From a virus, in IMG/VR virus record IMGVR_UViG_3300005532_000007, positions 1 to 64,000 of that record: a DNA stretch of 64,000 bases. One strand, written 5' to 3'. Below are positions 46,828 through 56,139 of this stretch, in pieces. The position numbers and the translations under genes were made by a program. Numbering within the stretch: the stretch's first letter is position 1; the number at the start of each line of letters is the position of its first letter. Under the pieces are notes generated by a model, which was not told the origin of the DNA, made no database searches, and saw only the letters and a list, made by a program, of their open reading frames with translations.

Positions 46828-47450
46828 CCGGCTGGGAAATGTACGGGCACGAACGCCAACGCTTCGAGCGCGACGCCGACCCACAGACCATCACCGAGCG
46901 ACTCGTCAAAGCACGCCAAGAACTCGCCACCCTGCAGGCGCACATCGAATGGCTCGACAAGCTCTACAACCAGCGCGTCACCGAACAAGCCGCAGGCACC
47001 TGGCCCTACCCGCCGAACCCGCGCGCCGAGCGCTTCCCCTGCGGCCGGTCGCACGTATGCGTTTCGTGCTCGCCGGAGCTCGACGTGCGCGGGCCCGGCT
47101 GCATCAACTGCCGCCAGACCGGCTATGACCAGACGCCCTGCCTCGCCTGCGCGAAAGCGATCCGCGGCCGAACCCCGATAGGTTCAGACCTCGGCATGCT
47201 GATCGAGGCCGCCGAGCAGGTCATCTCCACGCAGTTCGGTTCCCGCTCCATGGTCCAGCGGCGCCTGCGCGTCGGGTTCGCCAAGGTCGGGCATCTCATG
47301 GACTTGTTGGAGGAGCGGGACATCATCGCTCCGGGTGTCGGCTCGGCCGCTCGGCGGGTGCTTGTGCCGCGAGACAGGCTCGCCGAGGCCATCGACGCGA
47401 TTCGGTCCGAAGCCGGCACCGAGACGACGAGCCCGAGGACAAACCAGTGA
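46824..47450 (+). CDS. Cys-rich protein with C-terminal FtsK gamma (wHTH) domain
   Basis: [46 protein letters not shown]; several CxxC pairs upstream. Confidence 0.85.
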   Translation: MTGWEMYGHERQRFERDADPQTITERLVKARQELATLQAHIEWLDKLYNQRVTEQAAGTWPYPPNPRAERFPCGRSHVCVSCSPELDVRGPGCINCRQTGYDQTPCLACAKAIRGRTPIGSDLGMLIEAAEQVISTQFGSRSMVQRRLRVGFAKVGHLMDLLEERDIIAPGVGSAARRVLVPRDRLAEAIDAIRSEAGTETTSPRTNQ

Positions 47451-47737
47451 TCCGCGACTACTCAGCCGGCGCCACTGGCGTCACGCTCCCCCACCAGCGC
47501 CTCACCTGGCATCCCGCGGCCAGCATCCGCCTGCACCCCGTGGGCGACTGGCCGACTCCTGTCGCCGAGCCGAAGACCACGCTCGCGATCAACTCGGTCG
47601 CGTTCGCGGACGGCTGGGTCATCACCAGCGGCGGCGGCCCTGAACAGCCCGCAGTGGTGGTCGCCTATCCCGCATGGCGCGTGATCGAGATCGCCTTGCA
47701 ACCGATCCCCACAAAGCAGGAGGTTGATCGTGATTGA
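47447..47737 (+). CDS. Hypothetical protein
   Basis: Coupled ORF. Confidence 0.6.
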   Translation: MIRDYSAGATGVTLPHQRLTWHPAASIRLHPVGDWPTPVAEPKTTLAINSVAFADGWVITSGGGPEQPAVVVAYPAWRVIEIALQPIPTKQEVDRD

Positions 47738-48218
47738 GATTCGCGGGTTATCGGTCCGCCAGCCCTGGGCGGCGTGCATCGCCTCCGGCCGCAAGACCAC
47801 CGAGAACCGCACCTGGCCCACCCGCTACCGCGGCCCGGTCCTCATCCACGCCGCGCAAGCTGTCGACACCGACGCCCTGCAGATCAGCGCGAGGCGCGAA
47901 CACATGTGGCGCGCCCTCGCCGCCGATCCCACACTCGTCCACGTACGCGGCGCCGTGATTGCGATCGCGCGCCTGACCGACTGCCACCTCGAAGACCACC
48001 AGGGCTGCTGCGCCCCGTGGGGCGAGACCGGCCGCGGGATCTGGCATTGGACGCTTCAGGATGTGGTCAAGCTATCGAGCCCGGTGCCGTGCAAGGGTCG
48101 GCTGGGGTTGTGGATCCCGGACGGCGGGTTGATGGCGGCGTTGCGGGAGCCGTTGGGGTTGACGGATGCTGTGCTCGCCGAATACACGCTCACCGCCGCG
48201 GCGAAAGCAGCCCGGTGA
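47730..48218 (+). CDS. ASCH-domain protein
   Basis: LSVRQPWA..I..G.KT.ENRTW.T.YRGP.LIHA; PVPCKGRLGLW. Confidence 0.9.
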   Translation: MIEIRGLSVRQPWAACIASGRKTTENRTWPTRYRGPVLIHAAQAVDTDALQISARREHMWRALAADPTLVHVRGAVIAIARLTDCHLEDHQGCCAPWGETGRGIWHWTLQDVVKLSSPVPCKGRLGLWIPDGGLMAALREPLGLTDAVLAEYTLTAAAKAAR

Positions 48219-48565
48219 CCTCCAGCGTCGGTCCGCGTCTGGGCCCCGAGGACACCGAGCCCCGCGCGATCTGCGGCTACGCCGACGACGAACAAGCCCC
48301 ACGCTGCCAGGCCCCTGCGGAGATCCACCTATGGGTCCTGATGCCCGACGGGTACGAGACGATGCTCGCCGCCTGCCTACGCCACTACCCGATCGCGCGC
48401 CTGGTCGGCACGGTGATCGACCGGCACCGTCATTGGGGCGTGTGCGGGCTGCCGGGCACGGTGTGGTCGTTCGATCTGCAGCAGTGCGTGCTCGACGACA
48501 GCGGCCAAGAACCGGAACGGTCCGCCGAGAACGCGTCGCCCGTTCTCACCGCCGCCCACGCATGA
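48215..48565 (+). CDS. Cys/His-rich hypothetical protein
   Basis: Coupled ORF; C..H, CGLPG..W motifs. Confidence 0.6.
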   Translation: MTSSVGPRLGPEDTEPRAICGYADDEQAPRCQAPAEIHLWVLMPDGYETMLAACLRHYPIARLVGTVIDRHRHWGVCGLPGTVWSFDLQQCVLDDSGQEPERSAENASPVLTAAHA

Positions 48566-49125
48566 CCAGCCGCGCCACGAGCGAGCACGCTGCGCGTGAA
48601 GCCGAACGCATCCTCACCACACACCACCCCACTGGCACACTGCCCATCCCGGTCGAAGCCATCGCCCACGCCCTCGGCTACCGCGTCCTACGCAACCACC
48701 ACGACGGCCCGCAGATCAGCTTCTACCTGCAAGACGCCAACGGGCGCCCGCATCTCGGCCTGAACACCGCGATGAGCCACGGCCGGCAGCGGTTCGCCGC
48801 GGCGCATGCCCTCGGCCATGGGCTGCTGCATCCTCGTGATCTGGTCATCTGCTCGTGGCTGCGCCTCGACGAAGACGGCGAGCATCGGCGGCCGGCCGAG
48901 GCGACGGACGCGGAGGAGAGCGCGGCGACCCGGTTCGCGACGGAACTGCTCATGCCGCGCCAGGTCTTCATCGAGCACACAGGCCAGCTACTCGCCGCGC
49001 TGCCGCCCAGGTTCACCGACACGGCGCAACGCGACAGCATCGTGCAGGAGTTGGCGCGCGAGTTCGGGGTGAGCTGGGAGGCTATCCGGTTCCGAATGAT
49101 GGATCTGGCGATCGTCGGTAACTGA
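48562..49125 (+). CDS. ImmA/IrrE-family metallopeptidase-like protein, catalytic Glu replaced
   Basis: PIPVEAIA, RQRFAAAHALGH, FATELLMP, LAREFGVS.EAIRFR. Confidence 0.85.
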   Translation: MTSRATSEHAAREAERILTTHHPTGTLPIPVEAIAHALGYRVLRNHHDGPQISFYLQDANGRPHLGLNTAMSHGRQRFAAAHALGHGLLHPRDLVICSWLRLDEDGEHRRPAEATDAEESAATRFATELLMPRQVFIEHTGQLLAALPPRFTDTAQRDSIVQELAREFGVSWEAIRFRMMDLAIVGN

Positions 49126-49309
49126 CGGACCGCCCCGGTTCCTCTGGCTGCGGCGCCCCCGCTCGAACGAGGACGCCGCACGTGCCTGCCCAGCGTGACG
49201 ATCAGCTCTGAAAGCCGCCACCGATGACGCTACCGGTTGTCGCCCGGCGTTGCGCCTTAAGCCCGCGAACCCGGACAGGTGTCCGCGGATCCGGACAGCG
49301 CTCACGGTC

Positions 49310-49555
49310 TCAGCTGTCGCTCGCGTGTTCGCGTAGCCGCTCGACCATCGCCACCAACTCGTCCACGACCTCCCGCCGCAGCAACCGATCCGGACCGAAC
49401 ACGCCATTGCGCGCGAGCCGCATATCCCGCAGCAGCGCCAGCACCGCGGGCCCGGTGCGGATCCCGAACTGCGCGAGGGGCCGGGTCAGCTCGGACCAGA
49501 TGGCGAGCGCGATGTCCTCGTCGTCCTGACCCGGCGGTGTCGGCGGGGGCGTCAC
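49310..49555 (-). CDS. Hypothetical protein
   Basis: Protein-like frame VTPPPTPPGQDDEDIALAIW. Confidence 0.5.
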   Translation of the reverse strand: MTPPPTPPGQDDEDIALAIWSELTRPLAQFGIRTGPAVLALLRDMRLARNGVFGPDRLLRREVVDELVAMVERLREHASDS

Positions 49556-49635
49556 GCGCCCACCACTAGGGCCACGACACCGGCCGCGGCCAACAGCACC
49601 GCCAGACCCGTCAGGAACGCCACAGCGAGCCCCAT

Positions 49636-50064
49636 TCAGCCCTCCCCTGACCCTGCGTCGCCAGAGCCGTTTTCGGCGCTGTACGACGCCCACAGACGTC
49701 TCCCGCGCGCATCCAGCTCCGCGCCCCACTCAAGGCTCGCCGCCTCCAAGCGCGCCACCTGCTCCCGGCCACCCGCAGCGAGCAGCCACACCGGCCGCCG
49801 CGGCAATGTCTCATGCCGGTCCGCGACCTCCGTGAACAACAACGGCGGATCCCACACCAGCGTTATCTCCACCAGCACGTTCGGGTCGTTCGCGCGCAGC
49901 CACCCGAGCAGCTCGCCCAGGCCGGTACACGCCGCCGCCTCGAGGTGCCCCAGGCCCCAGTCCGGCAGTTGCGCCCGCGCGAACAGCCGGGCATTCTCCG
50001 CCGCGGAGTCGTCGGCGAGCAGGGACGTGGAGCGGGTTTGCGCGTTCGTCAGCGCCGTCACCAC
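49636..50064 (-). CDS. Degenerate HATPase_c / anti-sigma-like protein
   Basis: AR.FARAQLPDWGL..L.....ELL, EVAD, EWG...GRRLWA; ATP-binding N and G boxes eroded. Confidence 0.6.
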   Translation of the reverse strand: MVTALTNAQTRSTSLLADDSAAENARLFARAQLPDWGLGHLEAAACTGLGELLGWLRANDPNVLVEITLVWDPPLLFTEVADRHETLPRRPVWLLAAGGREQVARLEAASLEWGAELDARGRRLWASYSAENGSGDAGSGEG

Positions 50065-50188
50065 GCCCGCTCCGTTTCTGGCCACGCCGCATGGTGCCGT
50101 GTATTCGTCATGTGACGGACGGTAAACGCGTGTGGTGTTGGCTCGGAAGGGCTATTCACGCTCCCGCATATTGGCTTCCACGTTGCAG

Positions 50189-51406
50189 CTACGTGCCAAC
50201 GGTTGCGATGCGTTGCCGGATCGCTGGTTCCTGCTTCACGGACTGGCCAATGCCGAGGTCTCCACAGGCTGCCACCGCATGCCCTGCGGCGGTAAGGATG
50301 TTGCGCGCCGCGTTCACGTCGGCGTGCTCGCGATGGCCGCAGGACGTGCAACGGAAGACGGCTTGGCTCTCGCGCGACTTCGCGTCCACGTGCCTGCATC
50401 GCGAACAGGTCTGGCTCGTGTACGGCGCGGGGACTTTCTTCACCTCCGTCCCGGTGTACCGGGCGGCGGAGCGTAGAGCTCGTTCGAACAGATACCAGCC
50501 CTTGTCGAGGATCGTGCGGTTCAATGCCGTCTTCGCTCGCACGTTTCGGCCGGGCTTCTCGACTGTGCCTGCAGCAGACGAAGTCATGTTCGTCGTCTTC
50601 AAGTTCTCGAGGACTACCACTGCGTATCGCACAGCGATCAAGTGGGCTAGCTGGGCGCAGAAGTCCCTACGCCTTGCTCGTGTGCGGGCGTAATGTCGTT
50701 GGATGAGTAGCCTGACCTGCTTCGACTTGCGGGAATCAATGCAAGATCGAGAACGCCGCTGGAGCAACCGCCGTAATCGCACGCGCTCTGGGGTGGTAGC
50801 AAAGAGGCGGTCATAAAACTCAGCATCGCTCGTGACGACGGCAGCTTTCACGCCTCGGTCGACACCGATCGCCGATGATGGATCCGCATGGCACTTGGGT
50901 GCCGTCTCTTCGTCATCGATACAGAATGAGACGAACCAACGTCCTGCGTCATAACTGACAGTCGCATTGCGGATTTGGCCTCCGATAGCACGTGTCCATC
51001 GGAACCGCGCCCAACCGATCTTCGGCAGCAGAACGCGAGCCCATCTCTTGTTTAACCTCTCGACACGGATCGCGTAGCCACGGGGGCATCGGAAGGTTGG
51101 CTTCCAGTAGCGCGCCGAGCGCCAATGGATCTTCCACACTCCGTGCGTTCGACAGGCCTTATCCAAGTCACGCAATGCCTGTTGGAGTACCTCGCGCGGC
51201 GCTTCTGCAAGCCAATCAGATTCGCGTCGCGCTTCCGTGAACTGACGGGACTGTTCGTTGTAAGAGATGTAGGCGTCTTTGCGCCGGTAGATGCGGCGCT
51301 GTTCCAGGGCGATGTTCCATACGTATCGGCAAGCTTCCGAGACTCGTTCCGCGTTTGCCTGTTGCTCGGGCGTGAAATCGAGCAGATACTTTCGTCCCGT
51401 CAGCAC
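50189..51406 (-). CDS. tnpB: RNA-guided endonuclease TnpB (IS200/IS605 family), no tnpA
   Basis: RuvC I GVDRG, RuvC II LENL, zinc finger CSRC..CTSC, RuvC III ADVNAARNI; lower GC than the flanks. Confidence 0.95.
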   Translation of the reverse strand: MLTGRKYLLDFTPEQQANAERVSEACRYVWNIALEQRRIYRRKDAYISYNEQSRQFTEARRESDWLAEAPREVLQQALRDLDKACRTHGVWKIHWRSARYWKPTFRCPRGYAIRVERLNKRWARVLLPKIGWARFRWTRAIGGQIRNATVSYDAGRWFVSFCIDDEETAPKCHADPSSAIGVDRGVKAAVVTSDAEFYDRLFATTPERVRLRRLLQRRSRSCIDSRKSKQVRLLIQRHYARTRARRRDFCAQLAHLIAVRYAVVVLENLKTTNMTSSAAGTVEKPGRNVRAKTALNRTILDKGWYLFERALRSAARYTGTEVKKVPAPYTSQTCSRCRHVDAKSRESQAVFRCTSCGHREHADVNAARNILTAAGHAVAACGDLGIGQSVKQEPAIRQRIATVGT

Positions 51407-51427
51407 GCGAACGCCCTCATGAGAGCC

Positions 51428-51450
51428 ATTATATGGCCGAGCACTGACAA
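51428..51450 (-). promoter_or_regulatory. PafBC/RecA-NDp-type DNA-damage promoter upstream of tnpB
   Basis: TTGTCAGTGCTCGGCCATATAAT = tTGTCRGtg-N8-TAnnnT. Confidence 0.7.
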
Positions 51451-51458
51451 TCTCCGTG

Positions 51459-52325
51459 CTACACCGATCGGTCCATGGCCTGGTACTCGGCAGCTGCGGC
51501 GCGCAGAAACGCGGCGGCCTGCGCGCCGACCAACGCCACATCCCAGAACCGATCGAACACCCCGCGGTGGTAGGCGACGTCCTGCGGGTCGTGCAACAGC
51601 ACCTCACCACTGAGGACTTCGACGGTGACGAACCGGTCGTCGTACAGCACGAACACGTTCAGGGCCATCAGCGGCCAGCGCGCGGCGAACGGAACCAGGC
51701 CGACCTCCACGCTGGGCGCGCCGGCCTCGGCGAGATCCGCCATGTGCCCGCACTGCCCCGCCATCACGCTCAGGGGTGCGACGCGGGCGCGGATCGCGGT
51801 CTCCGTCATCAAGAACACAAACCGGCGCTCCGGATCGCGCAGCGCGTCCTGCCGGGCCATCTTCGCGTCGATCACCTGCCCGAACACCCCCGACGGCACC
51901 GTGCCCAACGCCGCGAGCGTCGCCTCCGCGTACGCCCGCGTGTGCAGCAACCCCGTCGGCACCGCCGGCAGGAAATGCCGCATCACCGCAGCCGAACGCT
52001 CCAGGCCCGCGAGCTCAGCCTGCTTGCGGTCCATCCCCCGCTGCCGGCTCGCACGACCCGACCGGTACTCCTGCGCCGCCGACCGCGCGAGCACCAAGAC
52101 CCGCGCCGCCATCTCCTCGTCAGCGCCGTACGCCTTCAGCAGCCGCTCGACATCCGAGAGCGACGGCAGTGCGCGCCCCGTCTCCACCCGGGAGATCTGC
52201 GACTGCGACATCAGCGCACGGCGTCCCGCTTCGACCCCCGACAAGCCAGTGGCCCCGCGCAGGTCGCGCAGGGCCTTGGCGAGGTCGCGACGGGTTGCCG
52301 CGGCCGGATCCGGCGGTTCAGGCAT
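51459..52325 (-). CDS. XRE HTH regulator with DUF5753 domain
   Basis: LRDLR...GLS......SQSQISRVETG; VP.GLL.T.AYA, F.FLMTE. Confidence 0.9.
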   Translation of the reverse strand: MPEPPDPAAATRRDLAKALRDLRGATGLSGVEAGRRALMSQSQISRVETGRALPSLSDVERLLKAYGADEEMAARVLVLARSAAQEYRSGRASRQRGMDRKQAELAGLERSAAVMRHFLPAVPTGLLHTRAYAEATLAALGTVPSGVFGQVIDAKMARQDALRDPERRFVFLMTETAIRARVAPLSVMAGQCGHMADLAEAGAPSVEVGLVPFAARWPLMALNVFVLYDDRFVTVEVLSGEVLLHDPQDVAYHRGVFDRFWDVALVGAQAAAFLRAAAAEYQAMDRSV

Positions 52326-52837
52326 CAGGGCCGGTAGTCGGCGAACGGGATGGAGGCGGCGATCGCGGCGTCCCTGGCGCGCAGGAACGGCCCAGGGTCT
52401 GTGTCGAGCAGTTCCCGGCCGGTCTGCGTGCCGTCCTGCTCATACAGCATCGCGACCACGGCGGTGTCGTCGAACAGCCAGAAGTCGAAGTTCGGCAGCG
52501 CCTCGGGTCTCGTGGTGCGGGAAAGATCGAGGATCCGCACGTCCTCACCCGCCTGCACGCTGTACGGGTAGTACCAGCTCGTTTCGAAACGCAGGTACTC
52601 GCTCAATGGCGGGGTGAGCACGTGCACCCGGCCGATGCTTTTGCCTGCGGCGCGGGCGGTACGGATCTTGCGGTGCCAGTCCTCGTTGATTCCCGCGGGG
52701 CGTGGGGCACCGGCGCGGAAGGCGGTCAAGGCCTCGGCTTCCTGCGGCACGAGGTACTGGGGCAGTAGTTCGAGGCGCCACGCGGAGCGCTGGAAGTCCC
52801 GGAAATAGGCGGCCCAGGTCTCACCTTCCAAGCGCAC
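52325..52837 (-). CDS. DUF6879-like protein
   Basis: SAWRLE..PQY, RVHV...PLSEYLRFE, AGEDVRI, DFWLFDD. Confidence 0.8.
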   Translation of the reverse strand: MRLEGETWAAYFRDFQRSAWRLELLPQYLVPQEAEALTAFRAGAPRPAGINEDWHRKIRTARAAGKSIGRVHVLTPPLSEYLRFETSWYYPYSVQAGEDVRILDLSRTTRPEALPNFDFWLFDDTAVVAMLYEQDGTQTGRELLDTDPGPFLRARDAAIAASIPFADYRP

Positions 52838-53045
52838 GCGCGGCCTCCAGCAGGATCTCTCGCGGGATCTCGACAATGCCCTCCCCTGTCGGTACCGGGT
52901 GGTCGAACACGTAGCCCTGGACAGCGATGCTGCCGGTGGGGGTTTCGTAGACGGTGGGGCAGTCGTCCCCGCCGCAGGGCGGGTCGTCGTCTCCTGAGGT
53001 AGCGGGCGTGGTGGTGCAGGTTCCGGCGAGGCGGGTGAGCTGCAA
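52821..53045 (-). CDS. Small protein of the DUF6879/XRE cluster
   Basis: CPTVY....VQGY....E..VEIP; GAAGGAG RBS. Confidence 0.75.
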   Translation of the reverse strand: MQLTRLAGTCTTTPATSGDDDPPCGGDDCPTVYETPTGSIAVQGYVFDHPVPTGEGIVEIPREILLEAARALGR

Positions 53046-53206
53046 GACGGGCTCCTTCGTCAGTGAGCGCTCTGATGCTGACGGTATTCAGCGTTCGCTT
53101 GGCGCGGCAAGCACCCGAGCAGGGTGATTCGCGTTCCCGCATAACCGCGCTGTGGCGAGATGGGATGCTGAGCCAATGGAAACATCCACTAGCGAAACCG
53201 ATGCTG

Positions 53207-53758
53207 ATGCCTGAACCGATGCCCACACCCAACGACCACCCGCCGATCCAAGACCTCGTCATCGAGGACATCGAGAAACGCCGCCGCATCGGCATCCAGA
53301 CCTACGGCACACCGCTACAGCCGTTCAACGGCCGGCGCAGCCTCGTGGACGCATACGAGGAAGCCCTCGACCTCGCGATGTACCTGCGTCAGGCGATCTA
53401 CGAGGCCGAGCACCCGCAGCCGCCACAGCCGTCCGCGACCTGCGGCACGTGCAAAGGTCACGGGTATGTTCCGGACTGGTCGAACTTCAATCCGGAGTTC
53501 GGCGAGCCGAGGCCGAAGCCGTGCCCGACCTGTTCGATCGCTGTCGCGGGCGTCCCGGCTGACCTCGTCGCGCTGTTCGTCCAGCATGCGGCCTCGGTGG
53601 TCTTCGACGAGACGACGCCGGATGACACCCCGATCACTGCGTTGCGCGAGCAGGCGACTGCGCGGGGCCTCGCCGCGGTCATCCCGCTGATCGAGGCCCG
53701 GGCGCTCGATCGGCTGCGACCGTCGGCGGTCGCCGCGACGGGAGCGGAGCGGCCGTGA
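53207..53758 (+). CDS. MazG-like all-alpha domain plus zinc ribbon
   Basis: R..IG..TYG..L..FNGR..L.DAYEEALDLAMYL; CGTCKG..CPTC. Confidence 0.6.
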   Translation: MPEPMPTPNDHPPIQDLVIEDIEKRRRIGIQTYGTPLQPFNGRRSLVDAYEEALDLAMYLRQAIYEAEHPQPPQPSATCGTCKGHGYVPDWSNFNPEFGEPRPKPCPTCSIAVAGVPADLVALFVQHAASVVFDETTPDDTPITALREQATARGLAAVIPLIEARALDRLRPSAVAATGAERP

Positions 53759-54018
53759 GCGGCGGTATGCCAGAGTGGGCGCGCACCCCGACGAGCGCCC
53801 CGTTCACCCGCGCCGGCTACACCTGCAAGTGGGTGTCCACGCAGTCGCACTATCCGGAATTCCTCGACCCCGAGGACCCGACGCTGAAAATCGTCGTGTC
53901 GGTGCGCGACCGACTGCGGCGCAAACACCTGATCGACTTCGAGCCTGCGGCGTTCTTCCAGATGAGCGACGCCGTGTTCGCGGCGCAGCTACGTCCGATC
54001 GGGAGCGGTGGCGGATGA
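53755..54018 (+). CDS. Hypothetical protein
   Basis: Coupled ORF. Confidence 0.55.
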   Translation: MSGGMPEWARTPTSAPFTRAGYTCKWVSTQSHYPEFLDPEDPTLKIVVSVRDRLRRKHLIDFEPAAFFQMSDAVFAAQLRPIGSGGG

Positions 54019-54311
54019 CGAACTTCGTACACACCGACGACTACGACCAGAACCCGGAACGCCAGCTCGAGGACATGAAACGCCTCGTCGTGCTCCTCAT
54101 GAACCGGCTCGGCACAGACCGGATCGAGATCGGCTACGACGAGATCTACGAGTCGCAGCTCCAGCGCGCAGAGATCGTCATCTGGCCCGACCGGATGACG
54201 GACAAGCTGATGGTCGCCGTGCGCACGCCCAGACCGGATGAACCAGTGGACACCGAGACGCTCAACGATGCGATCATGGGCGCCGTACGGGAGGCACTCA
54301 CCGATGGCTGA
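54015..54311 (+). CDS. Hypothetical protein
   Basis: Coupled ORF (MTNFVHTDDY). Confidence 0.6.
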   Translation: MTNFVHTDDYDQNPERQLEDMKRLVVLLMNRLGTDRIEIGYDEIYESQLQRAEIVIWPDRMTDKLMVAVRTPRPDEPVDTETLNDAIMGAVREALTDG

Positions 54312-54657
54312 GATCCTGCTGCGCTTGCGCGTCCTCGACCACGGCACGAACGAGCGCGCCAAAACCGACAAGCGCTGGCAGCGTTCGATCGACGTCGAAT
54401 TCCTGCCTTCGCTCGGCGATCTCATCCAGCTGTGGGGCCGCGAAGACGGTGTTCTGTCTCCGGTGCGCCGGCGCTGGTGGCGCCCGGACGGCACGCCGTT
54501 GCTCGTGCTCGCGCAGCTGAGCGTGGACAGCCCTTATACGACTCCTCCCCCGGATGAACCCGGTCTCGGGCCGAGGTGGATTCCGTGGTCTTCGGATAAG
54601 GGCGATCTCGCGGCGTGGCTGCGCTCGGCCGGCTGGGCGGTGCTCACCGATGCCTGA
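54304..54657 (+). CDS. Hypothetical protein
   Basis: GGAGG RBS; coupled. Confidence 0.6.
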   Translation: MAEILLRLRVLDHGTNERAKTDKRWQRSIDVEFLPSLGDLIQLWGREDGVLSPVRRRWWRPDGTPLLVLAQLSVDSPYTTPPPDEPGLGPRWIPWSSDKGDLAAWLRSAGWAVLTDA

Positions 54658-55474
54658 GCCGGTCAATAGCCACACAATCCTGATCGACGGACCCATGGCC
54701 GGGCACTGCTGGCCGATCCCGCCGGAGTGCAAGTACTCGTACGCGATCACCGTCCCGCAACCGCTCAGCATCGCCGCGTTCGACCCGGAGAAACTCGCCA
54801 CGGTCACGGACACGCATGCGTACTACCAGCTGCGCACCGTCACCTTCACGGATCAGCTCGGCCTGGAACACGCGGTCCGGATCGGCTGGAGCAAGGCAGG
54901 TCAGCCGAACCAGCAGGATCTTCTCGAGCACGTCCCGACTGGGCTCGCCGAACAGGGCGTCATCCCGTGGGAATACGTCCCGCACACGGTCCTCGACCGC
55001 ATGGCGAAAGTCCCGATCCTCGAATACGGCGACGTCGCCAAGGACTGCGCGATCACCGTCACCAACCCGTACACCTCCTGCGTCGCAGTCCTCGATGCGT
55101 GGTGCGGCTGCGGATGGCGCACCGATCGCGTCGCACTGGACCAGCGATCCTGGCTGCTTCGCGCGGCGTACCGGCATGCGATCGGGCAGGATGCGCGGCA
55201 GGAACGCTTCAAGCAGCCGATCCGGGTCGTGTCCGCGGGCAGTGGCGGGCAGCCGGACTGCTATGCCGGGATCGCCGAGGACGAGTTCAACGAGTGCGTG
55301 TACGGGAAGTGCCGGCGCTGCAGTTGGCAGACCGAGCAGATCGAGTACTACCGCACGGGACCGTTGCAGGCCCTGTGCCAGGCGCACACGGGTCCTGATG
55401 GGGTTCGGCGTGTGCGGGATCAGTTGCTCGCATCGCTCGGGCTGCCGCCGGCCGGGGAGGCGCGGGATGGCTGA
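54650..55474 (+). CDS. Hypothetical protein with two C-x-CGW/CxxCxW zinc-type motifs
   Basis: LIDGP.AG, WCGCGW..H, CRRCSW..H. Confidence 0.6.
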   Translation: MPEPVNSHTILIDGPMAGHCWPIPPECKYSYAITVPQPLSIAAFDPEKLATVTDTHAYYQLRTVTFTDQLGLEHAVRIGWSKAGQPNQQDLLEHVPTGLAEQGVIPWEYVPHTVLDRMAKVPILEYGDVAKDCAITVTNPYTSCVAVLDAWCGCGWRTDRVALDQRSWLLRAAYRHAIGQDARQERFKQPIRVVSAGSGGQPDCYAGIAEDEFNECVYGKCRRCSWQTEQIEYYRTGPLQALCQAHTGPDGVRRVRDQLLASLGLPPAGEARDG

Positions 55475-55727
55475 CGAGCGTCCGGACGATGCCGCGCTCG
55501 CGTGGGCGCGCGACCAGGTCGAGCAGGTCGCCGCGAAATACGACGGGTTCGCAGAACACGAAACCAACCCGATCCTCGCGACCGCGTTCCAGCTCACCGC
55601 GCGGCTGATGCGCCTCGAGCTCTGCGGCGACCTCGACACCGACCTCGGTAAGCGCGTCATCGGCCGGTTTGAGCCCGGATTCCGCGACGAGCAGCCCGGT
55701 GAGACAACGACGAGTATCGATGCCTGA
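55467..55727 (+). CDS. Hypothetical protein
   Basis: GGAGG RBS; coupled. Confidence 0.6.
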   Translation: MADERPDDAALAWARDQVEQVAAKYDGFAEHETNPILATAFQLTARLMRLELCGDLDTDLGKRVIGRFEPGFRDEQPGETTTSIDA

Positions 55728-56130
55728 CAACCCGCCGTGGCAGGACGTGCTGGCCGAGTACCAGCGTCTGCTCGACACGACGCCCCAAGTGCCGCGCGAG
55801 ATCGCTGCGAGCGACGGTGCGACGGTGGACGCTCTGCTCGCGGGCATTCCCAAATCTGAGCCGGGCGCGCTCGCCGGCACATTCGGCTCGATCCCGATCG
55901 TCATCGACGCGGGCCTGCCACCGGGCCGGGTTGAGCTCCGTGACCGCGACGGCAACGCCACCACCAGGCTGCGACTGGTGGCCGGGCATTGGTTCGACGA
56001 GGACGAACTGGCCGCGGCCGCCGAGTGGGCGCGGCAGATTTCCTTGACGGACAACTTCCGAATCCGCTCGTCACTGAGGATTTCCGCAGGTCCGCTCTTT
56101 GACGGTCGTTTGCCGCCCCCGGGCGTCTAG
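55720..56130 (+). CDS. Hypothetical protein
   Basis: IPIVID..LP.G.VELRD motif; coupled. Confidence 0.6.
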   Translation: MPDNPPWQDVLAEYQRLLDTTPQVPREIAASDGATVDALLAGIPKSEPGALAGTFGSIPIVIDAGLPPGRVELRDRDGNATTRLRLVAGHWFDEDELAAAAEWARQISLTDNFRIRSSLRISAGPLFDGRLPPPGV

Positions 56131-56139
56131 GGTCGAGGC

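Noticed and set aside
50189-51406. Cas12-type CRISPR effector or nuclease-dead TldR
   Set aside because: No repeat array or cas1/cas2 nearby, the size fits TnpB, and all catalytic residues are present
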